This document shows, piece after piece, positions 8,574 through 17,667 of a stretch of DNA of 64,000 bases. Location of the stretch: contig JBAZLK010000001.1 in the NCBI GenBank assembly GCA_041650335.1, forward strand, positions 228,940 to 292,939. Reading direction: 5' to 3'. How positions within the stretch are numbered: the stretch's first letter is position 1; each line of letters begins with the position of its first letter. The position numbers and the translations under genes were made by a program. The notes below the pieces were generated by a model. That model did no database searches, was not told the DNA's origin, and worked only from the letters and a program-made list of their open reading frames with translations. This stretch comes from Patescibacteria group bacterium. Its GTDB lineage: Bacteria; Patescibacteriota; Patescibacteriia; JAHIZJ01.

Positions 8574-10307
8574 TTAATCCTTCGTTACCCGCAGGACTTC
8601 CTCAATGGTCGTAATACCCATTTTTGCCTTGATAAAGCCGTCTTCCAGCATGGTGGCCATGCCTTTTTTTCGGGCCAGCGGTTGCAACTCTTCGCTGGTG
8701 GCATTTTTTGTCACGAGCTCGGCGATCTCATGGTCAACCTCGAGCACCTCGTAGATACCGAGCCGACCCTTATAGCCAGTTTGGTTGCATTCTCGGCAGC
8801 CCTTGCCGCGATAAAACAACAGCGCTTCTGGCGAGGCGGCGGCCGGCGTCACTGCGCCTTCGCGTTCGAGGGCGGTGAGAAGCTCTTTGAAATTAATCTG
8901 CCGTTCCAGTTCTTCAATCGCTTTCGTGCTCAAGGTATAGCTCATGATACAGTTAGGACAAATTTTTCTGACCAGCCGCTGTGCCATGATTAAATTGGTT
9001 GTAGTCGCAACCAGGAACGATGGGATGCCCATCTCGAGTAAGCGCGGCAAGGCGCCGACCGCATCATTCGTATGCAGGGTCGAGAGAACGAGGTGTCCGG
9101 TCATAGCCGCATTGGCGGAAATCTCAGCCGTTTCTTTATCGCGGATTTCTCCGACCATGATGATATTCGGATCCTGACGGAGTAGGGCGCGCAAACCGAC
9201 CGAAAAACTGAAACCGATTTTCGGGTTTATCTGGCTTTGATTAATTCTCGGAATTCGATACTCGATCGGATCTTCGACGGTGGAAATGTTTACGCCAGGC
9301 TTATTGAGGATGTTTAAAATAGTATAGAGAGTGGTGGTTTTTCCCGATCCAGTCGGACCGGTGACGAGGATCATGCCGTGCGGTTTACTGATATTTTTTT
9401 TCACAATGTTGTAGGCGCTGGTCAGAAGGCCAAGCTGCTCCAAGCTCAGGATTTGAGCGGATTCGTTCAATAACCGCAAGACGACTTTTTCACCGTCATA
9501 CACCGGGATGATCGAAACGCGGAAGGCCACCTTATATTCCTCGGTGCTGACCTTGAACCGGCCATCCTGAGGCAGGCGATGTTCATCGAGCTTTAGATTC
9601 GAAAGAATTTTTATCCGAGCGATCACGCCGGATTGTATTTTTTTTGGCAGGGTCATGACCTCACGCAGGATGCCGTCGATCCGATACCGCACGATGACGT
9701 CACGCTCGGTCGGCTCGATGTGTATATCCGAAGCGCTTTCATAGATGGCATATTCAAGGAGCGTTTCGACAATCCGAATGATCGGCAAATCTTGAGCCAG
9801 TTTTTTCAGGTCACCTTGGTCAGCAGCGGCTTCTTCATGTTCGCCCGGGCTCGTGATTTCTTGAAACTTCGCTTTGATGCCTTTATGGTACTGTTTAATG
9901 ATTTCTTTGATTGAGCTCGGCGTGGTAACGGCAATATTTGGCTCGAGGTTAGTTTTTTTCTTTATGAAGTCGATTATTTCCAGATCGGTCGGATCGGTCA
10001 TGGCCAACTGGATGGTGCCACCCTCCTGGTCATAGGCAACAACCTGATGCACTTGGACAATCGTATCCGGTATAGTTTGGAGTAAATCCTTGCGGATTGC
10101 TTTTCGCTTCAAATCAACGAACGCAAGATTGAAATAACCGGCGATACCCTCGTATAAACCGTTTTCCGTCAGGATCTTTTTTCCGATTAAATAATCAGCC
10201 AACGATACATTCTCGTTGGCGGCATCAGTAATAGCTTTATTAAGATCTGCCTCGGGCAGGATCTTTGATTTCTGGAGTATTTCCTGGATTTGTTCCTGTT
10301 TTAACAT
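8574..10307 (-). CDS. pilB: Type IV pilus assembly ATPase PilB (GspE family)
   Basis: Walker A VTGPTGSGKTTTLYTILN, Asp box and His box (GEIRDKETAEISANAAMTGHLVLSTLHTN), and tetracysteine CPNC...CRECN. Confidence 0.9.
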   Translation of the reverse strand: MLKQEQIQEILQKSKILPEADLNKAITDAANENVSLADYLIGKKILTENGLYEGIAGYFNLAFVDLKRKAIRKDLLQTIPDTIVQVHQVVAYDQEGGTIQLAMTDPTDLEIIDFIKKKTNLEPNIAVTTPSSIKEIIKQYHKGIKAKFQEITSPGEHEEAAADQGDLKKLAQDLPIIRIVETLLEYAIYESASDIHIEPTERDVIVRYRIDGILREVMTLPKKIQSGVIARIKILSNLKLDEHRLPQDGRFKVSTEEYKVAFRVSIIPVYDGEKVVLRLLNESAQILSLEQLGLLTSAYNIVKKNISKPHGMILVTGPTGSGKTTTLYTILNILNKPGVNISTVEDPIEYRIPRINQSQINPKIGFSFSVGLRALLRQDPNIIMVGEIRDKETAEISANAAMTGHLVLSTLHTNDAVGALPRLLEMGIPSFLVATTTNLIMAQRLVRKICPNCIMSYTLSTKAIEELERQINFKELLTALEREGAVTPAAASPEALLFYRGKGCRECNQTGYKGRLGIYEVLEVDHEIAELVTKNATSEELQPLARKKGMATMLEDGFIKAKMGITTIEEVLRVTKD

Positions 10308-10452
10308 AAAAAACGTTTTTATTTCTATCTATATTATATCACATATGAAAATATTCGTCAAATCCATTATATTGACTTTTCAATATGGTCATGTTTTATT
10401 TGTTAAGTTCGGGCAATGCTAGCGGCAATTTCTCTCACGGAGGAGGGTCGGC

Positions 10453-10899
10453 ATGTCGGTCAGGGGGTTGGCCGTTTTCCAGCTACGCGCACATTCGTGG
10501 CAACTTCTCGCAGTCAGCGGTGGCACCTCGCTCGCAATCAGTCTGATGTACCTGGCGCTGCTGGCGGGTACAGAAAACCATCTAGCCGCCCAATGGATTC
10601 TGATTGGTCTCGGGGTAGCCGGGTGGTTCGGCTTTGCTCAACAGACGGTGCGGCTTGTCATTGCGGCCGGCCTGCTGGCGGTCGTCTCCGTGGTCACAGC
10701 CGCGCTCTTCAGGCACGATGGTATTTCTTTGGCCGTCGCCGGTCAGGTCGGATTACTGGTCGCAATTATCGGCAGTCTCTACCAGTTGCGAAGTCGTCGC
10801 CCACATCTGCCGAAAATGACCTGGATCATTGTCGGACTCGAGGCGATCGGTGTCGCCAGCGTGGTCTGTGCAACGTTCTTTGCCGCCTTCCCGCAGTAG
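10453..10899 (+). CDS. Hypothetical 4-TM membrane protein encoded on a GC-rich islet
   Basis: ~63% GC; four hydrophobic helices; RBS ggaggagggtcggcATG. The overlapping alternative frame 10416..10931 reads Arg/Pro-rich and was rejected. Confidence 0.5.
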   Translation: MSVRGLAVFQLRAHSWQLLAVSGGTSLAISLMYLALLAGTENHLAAQWILIGLGVAGWFGFAQQTVRLVIAAGLLAVVSVVTAALFRHDGISLAVAGQVGLLVAIIGSLYQLRSRRPHLPKMTWIIVGLEAIGVASVVCATFFAAFPQ

Positions 10900-10952
10900 C
10901 GAAGGCAGTCGTCTTGGCTGCGGTCAATTAGAAATCCGCCGCCGGAACGACA

Positions 10953-10990
10953 AAAGACCGATGAGCCTCAGCTCAGTCGGTCTTTTTCTT
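10953..10990 (+). terminator. Rho-independent terminator after the GC-rich membrane ORF
   Basis: agaccgatgagcctcagctcagtcggtctttttctt: 7 bp stem then a T-run. Confidence 0.6.
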
Positions 10991-10999
10991 AAGCGGTCT

Positions 11000-12925
11000 C
11001 TATTTTATTTCATACACCCAGATCGAGTCGTCGATGACGGCAATCGGCGTATATGACTTGAGCCATGAATACTCGCCCGATTCAGAGTATAATCCAGAGA
11101 CGCTGATTGCTACCGTCCCGTGAAAATCAGGCAGGCGCTTAATCTCATCATTTGTTGGCGGCGAGGTGTGATTGATTCCGTATGCCTGAGGTTCGGCCGT
11201 CCCAAAATAGTGGAAGTAGATGAAATTGAGATCGTGCTTGTCCATATACTTCTTCAGACCGATCAAGCCCTGGCCCCAGTCTATGTTTGAATCGAGGAGA
11301 TACTTGTGGCCGTTTTTTACGCCGCCAACCGCCTCATTGAAATATGAGAGGTAGTTCGGATAGATCGCTACCGTAGAGGTAAGATAGAAGGCGGTCAGAA
11401 CGATCAAGGCAGTAATCATGGGTTTGCGCCAGCGCTGGGATAATTTGAACGTGGCGAAGGAACCGATCCAGACGAAGATAAACGGATACACAGGCAAGAG
11501 ATGACGGACGCCGAGATTGAGTTTGCTGGTTAGGGTCCAGATGAAATACGCGGCCGGCGTTAGGATCAAGATGTATTTGTCAATAGGTGCTCGCCGAAGC
11601 TTGTGATAGAAATCTCGGAACCAACCGGCGGGCGGGGGAGTGGATCCTTCGACGACCCGGGAACGCCGCACCAGCCAGGCCACAAAAAGGGAAAGCAAAA
11701 CGAACGTGAATAGCAGGGTGACCAACGGCGTCTTGACCAGGAAGGCGATGATAAAGTAGTACCACCAGCCGACGCGCGAATACTGGCCGAGGAGGTATGA
11801 ACTGTGCCCCCAATAGTTGTGATTGGCCAGAACGGCGAAGCCCTTGGCAAAGGTATAGGCCGGCACCGGAACCGTTTTTGCGAGTTGTTCCGTGGCATGG
11901 CCAAGGGAGGTATTGGTGTCGGTGATTTGATTGACGAATTTGAGCCAGAGCTTATCAAATTGCTGCGTCGATTTCCCGGGAGCGAAGCCAACCGACACCT
12001 CCGGATCACTGAAGGCCGTTTTGACCTCGAAGCCATACGTCGCCCAGACGGTGAAGAAAACAATGACGAGAATCATAAGCAGGCTCGGCCAAAACCTGGC
12101 CGGCCACCTCGGCTTTTGTCCGGATGAGTCAGCGGGGAGCACATTCTTTGGCCAGCCCTGCCAGCGCGCGATGAGATAGTAGACCAGGATGAGCGGTATC
12201 AGGATGACCGCTGAAAATTTCGCGACTAATGCCAGGCCTAAAACAAAAGCGAATAACAGCAGGCGCTTGACTGTTGGTCGTTTCAGATAGCGGCTGAACA
12301 TATAGAGTGTCGCGAACATGAAGAGGGCAATGCCGAGATCGGTCGTAATCCAGCGGGCATGGGCGATGGTAGTCGGATCAAAGGCATAAAAAAGCAACGC
12401 CAACAGGCCGCCGCCAAGGCCAAAGAGCTCCTTGGCCCATTTGAAAATTATCAGGCCAAGCACTATACTGAGAAGCATGATTGGCAGGCGACCCCAGAAG
12501 AGCAGCCAGAAATGATCGACGGTGTTGTGATAGAGAAGCCATTGCCCGGCGTACCATTGGTTATTGGACAGCCAGCCTGGGTTTTCAGACAGCGGTGAGA
12601 GCTTCATGAAGAGAAGCGGAAAACCAGCCATCATCTTAATCAGCGGGGGATGCTCGGGATTGAGATGAAAATCCCACAGGCGGACGTAGGAGTACCCAGC
12701 GGCAATATGCGGCGCCTCATCGATGATTTGCGACGACTGAATCGCGCTCGTGATTTCAGCCGTGAACATAATCGCTAAAATAACAAGAACCACAACCCAA
12801 TAGTGTGTTTTGAAAAATTTAAACATGGTTGATATGTTCAATAATGAAAAAGCGATGGGCCGCTTCCGCGACTTCATAACCGATCGGATCGTCTTGGTAA
12901 CGGTCAGTTTGGCGCTTATTCTCAC
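11000..12925 (-). CDS. GT39/ArnT-like integral-membrane glycosyltransferase (dolichyl-phosphate-mannose protein mannosyltransferase / aminoarabinose transferase family)
   Basis: QIIDEAPHIAAGYSYVRLWDFHLNPEHPPLIKMMAGFPLLFMK is the signature N-terminal loop (DE...H..AG) of the GT-C fold GT39/GT83, followed by >10 TM helices. The start is uncertain (12925, 12877 or 12826). Confidence 0.7.
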   Translation of the reverse strand: MRISAKLTVTKTIRSVMKSRKRPIAFSLLNISTMFKFFKTHYWVVVLVILAIMFTAEITSAIQSSQIIDEAPHIAAGYSYVRLWDFHLNPEHPPLIKMMAGFPLLFMKLSPLSENPGWLSNNQWYAGQWLLYHNTVDHFWLLFWGRLPIMLLSIVLGLIIFKWAKELFGLGGGLLALLFYAFDPTTIAHARWITTDLGIALFMFATLYMFSRYLKRPTVKRLLLFAFVLGLALVAKFSAVILIPLILVYYLIARWQGWPKNVLPADSSGQKPRWPARFWPSLLMILVIVFFTVWATYGFEVKTAFSDPEVSVGFAPGKSTQQFDKLWLKFVNQITDTNTSLGHATEQLAKTVPVPAYTFAKGFAVLANHNYWGHSSYLLGQYSRVGWWYYFIIAFLVKTPLVTLLFTFVLLSLFVAWLVRRSRVVEGSTPPPAGWFRDFYHKLRRAPIDKYILILTPAAYFIWTLTSKLNLGVRHLLPVYPFIFVWIGSFATFKLSQRWRKPMITALIVLTAFYLTSTVAIYPNYLSYFNEAVGGVKNGHKYLLDSNIDWGQGLIGLKKYMDKHDLNFIYFHYFGTAEPQAYGINHTSPPTNDEIKRLPDFHGTVAISVSGLYSESGEYSWLKSYTPIAVIDDSIWVYEIK

Positions 12926-13208
12926 CGGCCTGGTCAGCTGGCTCCTCTATACAAAATTTCACCAACAGACGGAATTTGTGCCTCTCCATTATAACATTTA
13001 TTTCGGCATCGATCTATATGGACCGTGGTACCAAATACTCACCCTGCCGGCCACCGGCCTCGGCCTTCTCTTTATTAATTTTATCCTTTCTTTTATACTA
13101 TATAAACGGGTCAAGCTGTTCAGCTACGCCTTGCTGATCAGCCTAGATCTGTGCGGTCTCATGTTACTTGGTTCCGGCTGGCTCATTGTCAGCCAGTTGC
13201 TTACCTAA
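12855..13208 (+). CDS. Hypothetical small membrane protein
   Basis: 3 TM helices; divergent from the GT39 gene. The start was chosen at an internal Met to avoid overlapping the divergent gene; the ORF extends to 12810 from a TTG. Confidence 0.4.
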   Translation: MGRFRDFITDRIVLVTVSLALILTGLVSWLLYTKFHQQTEFVPLHYNIYFGIDLYGPWYQILTLPATGLGLLFINFILSFILYKRVKLFSYALLISLDLCGLMLLGSGWLIVSQLLT

Positions 13209-13217
13209 CGAAAATCG

Positions 13218-14270
13218 ATGAACATCGCCCAGGATTATCAAATAATAAAAATATTTTCGCTCACCGTCTTGTCGTTCGTTGTGACGATTCTGTGGACTCC
13301 GGCCCTGACCCATTTTTTGTACAAATACAAGCTGGGCAAAAAAATACGCGACGACAAATCAGCGCCGATATTTTCGAGTCTCCATCAAAAGAAATCAGGC
13401 ACACCCGTCATGGGCGGGCTCTTGATTTGGGTAACGACGTTTGCGCTCGCGGTACTCATCTACTATTTGGGCAAGTTCAGCGGTCTGGAGTTTTTTCAGA
13501 AGCTGAATTTTCTGACCCGTTCGGGCACGCTTCTGCCGTTGGGCGCGCTGGTGGCGACCGCGCTTGTCGGTCTGGTCGATGATGTATTGAATGTCCGCGG
13601 CATCGGTCCCTACGGCGGCGGCCTGAAAATCCGCCACCGCCTTTTGATCTATACGGCCATCGCCGCAGTCGGGGCGTATTGGTTTTATTTCAAACTCGAT
13701 TGGGATGTTTTGCATGTTCCGTTTCTCGGCAACTACTCCATCGGCTGGTGGTATATCCCGATCTTTATTTTTGTGATCGTCGCCACCTCGTTTTCCGTGA
13801 ATGAAATTGACGGCTTGGATGGATTGTCGGGCGGAACGTTGTTGGCCGCGTTCGTCGTGTATTCTGTGATTGCCTACGCGCAAGGCCGGTACGAACTGGC
13901 CACCTTCTGCGGGGTGATTGTCGGCGCCCTGTTCGCATTTCTCTGGTTCAATATACCGCCGGCCCGGTTCTTCATGGGCGATACCGGCGCGATGGCGCTC
14001 GGCACGACCCTCGGCGTGGTGGCCATGCTGACGAATACCGCCTTGGTGCTGCCCGTGATCGGCCTGCTCTTCGTGATCGAGTCGCTATCAGTGATCATTC
14101 AATTATTCAGCCGGAAGTTCCTCAAGCGCAAAATATTTCTCTCAGCGCCAATCCATCACCACCTCGAAGCGATCGGTTGGCCGGAAACGAAGATCGTCAT
14201 GCGCTTCTGGGTCATTTCAGCCGTTTCCGCAGTCGCCGGATTGATTATCATTTTGATCGATAAGACTTAA
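13218..14270 (+). CDS. mraY: Phospho-N-acetylmuramoyl-pentapeptide transferase
   Basis: DDVLNVRGIGPYGGGLK, NEIDGLDGLSGG, FMGDTGAMALG and HHHLE are MraY motifs; 350 aa. Confidence 0.9.
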   Translation: MNIAQDYQIIKIFSLTVLSFVVTILWTPALTHFLYKYKLGKKIRDDKSAPIFSSLHQKKSGTPVMGGLLIWVTTFALAVLIYYLGKFSGLEFFQKLNFLTRSGTLLPLGALVATALVGLVDDVLNVRGIGPYGGGLKIRHRLLIYTAIAAVGAYWFYFKLDWDVLHVPFLGNYSIGWWYIPIFIFVIVATSFSVNEIDGLDGLSGGTLLAAFVVYSVIAYAQGRYELATFCGVIVGALFAFLWFNIPPARFFMGDTGAMALGTTLGVVAMLTNTALVLPVIGLLFVIESLSVIIQLFSRKFLKRKIFLSAPIHHHLEAIGWPETKIVMRFWVISAVSAVAGLIIILIDKT

Positions 14271-14271
14271 A

Positions 14272-14766
14272 ATGTCAGTTAAGAAGTTATTGGTCTTTAT
14301 CGGCAAGCCCGGCGCCGGCAAAACAACCTTAATAAACCAGGCGTTTCCTGATAAAAAGATTATCGATGTCCTGCCCTTTGTGATGTCATTCAAGGTGGCC
14401 GGCAAGGTTCCGGAAGAAAAGACTATAATCGGGTATCGCAACATGTATCGTCATTTGCAGAAGCTCGATGACGATTTTGTTATTTTAGAGCTAGGTACCA
14501 ATCATGCCGATTTTAATGTTGCGGAACTGAAAAAAATAAGCCAGCTGTTTCCGGTTCAGATTTACCTTTGTGTTGCTTCAAACCAGACATTGCGTGAACG
14601 AATACAATCGCGAAATAGGGGCGATGACATGGAAGCCATGGAACGCCGGCTACAGCGCGTTTTTCCGGATGATCACATTACTCTGTTAGAGCGTGCCGGC
14701 CTGAGTTATACCGTCCTCGATATGGAAAAGCCCCTAGCAACACATTCGGCTCTAATTGAGAAATAA
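14272..14766 (+). CDS. P-loop NTPase / predicted small kinase (AAA_33-like)
   Basis: Walker A FIGKPGAGKTTL; 164 aa. Its last ~120 nt are duplicated at 15381-15500. Confidence 0.55.
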   Translation: MSVKKLLVFIGKPGAGKTTLINQAFPDKKIIDVLPFVMSFKVAGKVPEEKTIIGYRNMYRHLQKLDDDFVILELGTNHADFNVAELKKISQLFPVQIYLCVASNQTLRERIQSRNRGDDMEAMERRLQRVFPDDHITLLERAGLSYTVLDMEKPLATHSALIEK

Positions 14767-14783
14767 TAACCTATTCATTATCT

Positions 14784-15137
14784 ATGAAAATAATACGGGC
14801 GGCCGAAAAATCATGGACCGAAAAAAAAGGGTATAGTAAAAAAATACTTCTAACGGAAGAAGATTTACAAACGCCCGGCTCACGCGTTCAATTAATTAAA
14901 ATAAAACCGAAGGAAACAGCAAATAATCACTATCATAAAAAACAAACTGAAATTTCTTATTTTCTGAATAATAACGGATACTACATTATTAATGGAAAAA
15001 AACATCAAATTGAGGCGGGCGACCTCATTGTAATTGAGCCAAATGACAGGCATGAGGTAGTAAACAATAGTGACCATGATTTTGTTTATGTGGTCTATAA
15101 AATAAATTATACGGAAGATGATTTCTATTGGGAGTAA
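14784..15137 (+). CDS. Cupin-domain protein
   Basis: NHYHKKQTEISYFLNN...HQIEAGDLIVIEPNDRHEVVNNSDHDFVYVV matches cupin motifs G(X)5HXH...E...G / PXG...H. AT-rich, ~35% GC. Confidence 0.6.
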   Translation: MKIIRAAEKSWTEKKGYSKKILLTEEDLQTPGSRVQLIKIKPKETANNHYHKKQTEISYFLNNNGYYIINGKKHQIEAGDLIVIEPNDRHEVVNNSDHDFVYVVYKINYTEDDFYWE

Positions 15138-15221
15138 TAGCAATATTGAAAATCGGCCGCTGGAGTTATTTTTTGTAGGCACCGATAGGTAGAAAATATT
15201 ACTAAAACGACTGGCTGTCCC

Positions 15222-15500
15222 ACACAGTTTATTTTTTTTATAGAATTGCGGTATTATGAGATGGATGAAAACGAATTGGAAGGGAAAACGCGTTCTGGTC
15301 ATGGGCTTGGGTTTGCACGGCGGGGGAGTGTCAGTCGCCCGGTTTTTCGCTCGGCAGGGCGCGGCGGTAACAGTTACGGAATAGGGGCGATGATATGGAA
15401 GCGATGGAACGCCGGCTACAGCGCGTTTTTCCGGATGATCACATTACTCTGTTAGAGCGTGCCGGCCTGAGTTATACCGTCCTCGATATGGAAAAGCCAA
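15222..15500 (+). repeat. Junction of a tandem duplication: a copy of the murD promoter plus 5' end (15222-15380, ~88% identical to 16241-16396) fused to a copy of the 3' end of the P-loop kinase gene (15381-15500, ~97% identical to 14614-14737)
   Basis: Direct alignment by eye: cacagtttattttttttatagaattgcggtattatgagatggatgaaaacgaattggaagggaaaacgcg... versus caacagtttatttttttatgaaattggggtatcataatatggatgaaaacgaattgggaaggaaaacgcg...; then ataggggcgatgatatggaagcgatggaacgccggctacagcgcg... versus ataggggcgatgacatggaagccatggaacgccggctacagcgcg... Confidence 0.85.
15265..15384 (+). pseudogene. Truncated murD 5' fragment (39 codons, [39 protein letters not shown]) ending at the duplication junction
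   Basis: Same reading frame and near-identical sequence as the true murD start at 16281; stops at TAG at the junction with the kinase-tail copy, which lies in another frame. Confidence 0.8.
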
Positions 15501-15772
15501 TGTCGGAGATCCGGTCACAGCTCCAGAACTAACAGCAATATCATTTTTCATTTCCGTTTACAGGTGAACCATTTTTTTTATTAAGGGAGGAATTCAGCAA
15601 AAATCATTTATAACCGCATCATCAGCGATGAGGATGATCTTTAGATCGTTCATGTCGTCTATTCTTTGACAGACAGTATTTTTTGTAAAAAAAGCAGATG
15701 GGAGTCACAAACGACCACCATCCGCAGCGTGGCTTAGCAGTACCGTGAGTGGCGCCACCTTGCTACGCCCGA

Positions 15773-16066
15773 TCAGCGGGCAGAACCATCATCGATGCTC
15801 ATGAACGCCGAGACCATAGAGGAGAGAACCTCCGTAGCCTTCGGGTAGCGCCGGAGTAGACGAACGATTGCGGCTGTGATCTCCTCATCTCCGGGCATCC
15901 ACGACCTGATCAGGGTGATCTGCGCCTTGAGCTGTTCCTCGACCACGGCTCTGGCCTCTCCGACCGTGTGAGCCACAACCACATCAATCCGATAGCAGTC
16001 TCCTGTCCCGACGTTCACCCTCGACTTAAGGACAAACAACTTGACCGATTCCGTCTTCCTGGGCAT
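15773..16066 (-). CDS. Hypothetical 97-aa protein on the GC-rich cargo segment between the duplicated flanks
   Basis: ~60% GC; AAGGAGAA RBS 7 nt before ATG; MPRKTESVKLFVLKSRVNVGTGDCYRIDVVVAHTVGEARAVVEEQL...; no family recognised by eye. Confidence 0.5.
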   Translation of the reverse strand: MPRKTESVKLFVLKSRVNVGTGDCYRIDVVVAHTVGEARAVVEEQLKAQITLIRSWMPGDEEITAAIVRLLRRYPKATEVLSSMVSAFMSIDDGSAR

Positions 16067-16280
16067 GTGCGATTTCTCCTTCTCTTGCGGCTAGGCAATC
16101 TATCATAAACATAAAACCCTTGTCAAGGAAAAAAACGCTCGCTCACGTGCTTGGGTTAAATCGTCTAGCGACGTCTTTATGCCGTTACGTTTTGTCTATG
16201 AGCATGCCATACTCATTTCCATAACCACCAACCGTTCGCAACAGTTTATTTTTTTATGAAATTGGGGTATCATAATATGG

Positions 16281-17666
16281 ATGAAAACGAATTGGGAAGG
16301 AAAACGCGTCTTGGTCATGGGCTTGGGTTTGCACGGCGGGGGAGTGTCAGTCGCCCGATTTTTCGCGCGCCAAGGCGCAACGGTCACGGTTACAGATTTG
16401 CGGCCGCAGCGGATTCTCAGGCCATCTTTGGACAAACTTAAGGGCTTGCCAATTCGTTATGTTTTAGGCCGGCATCGAAATGAAGATTTCGCTCAGGCCG
16501 ATCTGGTGATCCAAAACCCCGGCGTGCCGAATAACTCATCCTTTCTCGCAGTGGCCAGAAAGCATGGCGTGCCGATTGAAAATGAAGCCGGATTATTTTT
16601 TACCCAGGCAGCGGGGCGGCTGGTCGGTATCACTGGTACAAAAGGAAAGAGCACGGTCTCGACGCTTGTTTATGAGATATTACGAAAACGGGAGCCTGGC
16701 GCACTCTTGGCGGGCAATATCCGCACAACTGCCATGCTGGATATTATTTGGCGACTGAGCCAGTCGACACCGGTCGTGCTTGAACTGTCGTCCTGGCAGC
16801 TTGAAGGACTGGCGAAGCATCGGATAAGCCCGCCGGTTTCTTTGATCACCAACATTTATCCCGATCACTTGAATCGTTACGGCTCATATCGGTCATACCA
16901 GGAAGCGAAGACAATTATTTTTCGTTATCAAAAACTAAAAGACCTCGTCGTGTTGAATTATGACAATCCGATTACGCGCCACTTCAGTCGGCGGGCGAAA
17001 GGACGCGTGATTTGGTTTTCATTGCAGAATCAAGATAAAGCCACCTGGACCGGCGCGTCCGTTTCCGCTGGGACAATTTGGTATCATGCGCGAAAGCGAA
17101 AAAAGCCGGTGATGACCACGGGGGAAGTCCAATTGCCCGGCCGCCACAATTTGGAAAATGTCGTCGCGGCCGTTGCCCTGACCTCGGCCCTCGGCGTACC
17201 AAGGGAAATTATTCGTTCGGTTGTACGAAAATTCCGGGGCGTTTCCGGCCGACTCGAACATGTACGGACGCTTCACGGGGTGCGGTATATCAATGATACG
17301 ACAGCCACCTCTCCGATCGCGGCGCAGACGGCGCTTACGGCCTTAACCGGTCGCGGTCCGATTATTCTGATCGCCGGCGGCCAGGATAAGAATCTGCCAT
17401 GTCGTGATTTTATACGCACGGTAAATAAAATAGTTGAGGCGGTTGTTCTACTGCCGGGTACAGCCTCAACGAAATTTCTCAGGCATCTTCAGGGGACGTC
17501 GGTTATTCGAGCGAGTTCGATGTCAGTTGCGGTGCGCCAAGCGGCGCGTTTGGCGAAATCTGGAACGCAGGTACTCCTTTCGCCGGGGGCGGCCAGCTTC
17601 AATCTCTTTAAAAACGAGTTTGATCGCGGTGAACAATTTATTAAGGCTGTACGAAAGTTATCGTAA
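16281..17666 (+). CDS. murD: UDP-N-acetylmuramoylalanine--D-glutamate ligase
   Basis: [41 protein letters not shown] is the Rossmann N-terminus; GITGTKGKSTVSTLV; Mur ligase central and C-terminal domains. Confidence 0.9.
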   Translation: MKTNWEGKRVLVMGLGLHGGGVSVARFFARQGATVTVTDLRPQRILRPSLDKLKGLPIRYVLGRHRNEDFAQADLVIQNPGVPNNSSFLAVARKHGVPIENEAGLFFTQAAGRLVGITGTKGKSTVSTLVYEILRKREPGALLAGNIRTTAMLDIIWRLSQSTPVVLELSSWQLEGLAKHRISPPVSLITNIYPDHLNRYGSYRSYQEAKTIIFRYQKLKDLVVLNYDNPITRHFSRRAKGRVIWFSLQNQDKATWTGASVSAGTIWYHARKRKKPVMTTGEVQLPGRHNLENVVAAVALTSALGVPREIIRSVVRKFRGVSGRLEHVRTLHGVRYINDTTATSPIAAQTALTALTGRGPIILIAGGQDKNLPCRDFIRTVNKIVEAVVLLPGTASTKFLRHLQGTSVIRASSMSVAVRQAARLAKSGTQVLLSPGAASFNLFKNEFDRGEQFIKAVRKLS

Positions 17667-17667
17667 T

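Noticed and set aside
10416-10931. 171-aa ORF in an alternative frame on the GC-rich islet.
   Set aside because: It is Arg/Pro/Gly-rich low-complexity, typical of off-frame GC-rich sequence. The 10453..10899 frame has four clean TM helices and a GGAGG RBS.
13395-13883. 162-aa antisense ORF inside mraY.
   Set aside because: It is antisense to strongly supported MraY motifs and has Arg/Gln-rich composition.
15246-15455. 69-aa ORF spanning the duplication junction.
   Set aside because: It is a frame artefact reading through the murD-5' copy and kinase-3' copy in a third frame. No RBS is present.
16196-16441. ORFs 16196..16435(-) and 16256..16441(+) at the murD start.
   Set aside because: They overlap the genuine murD N-terminus, and the 16281 frame reproduces the conserved Rossmann motif.
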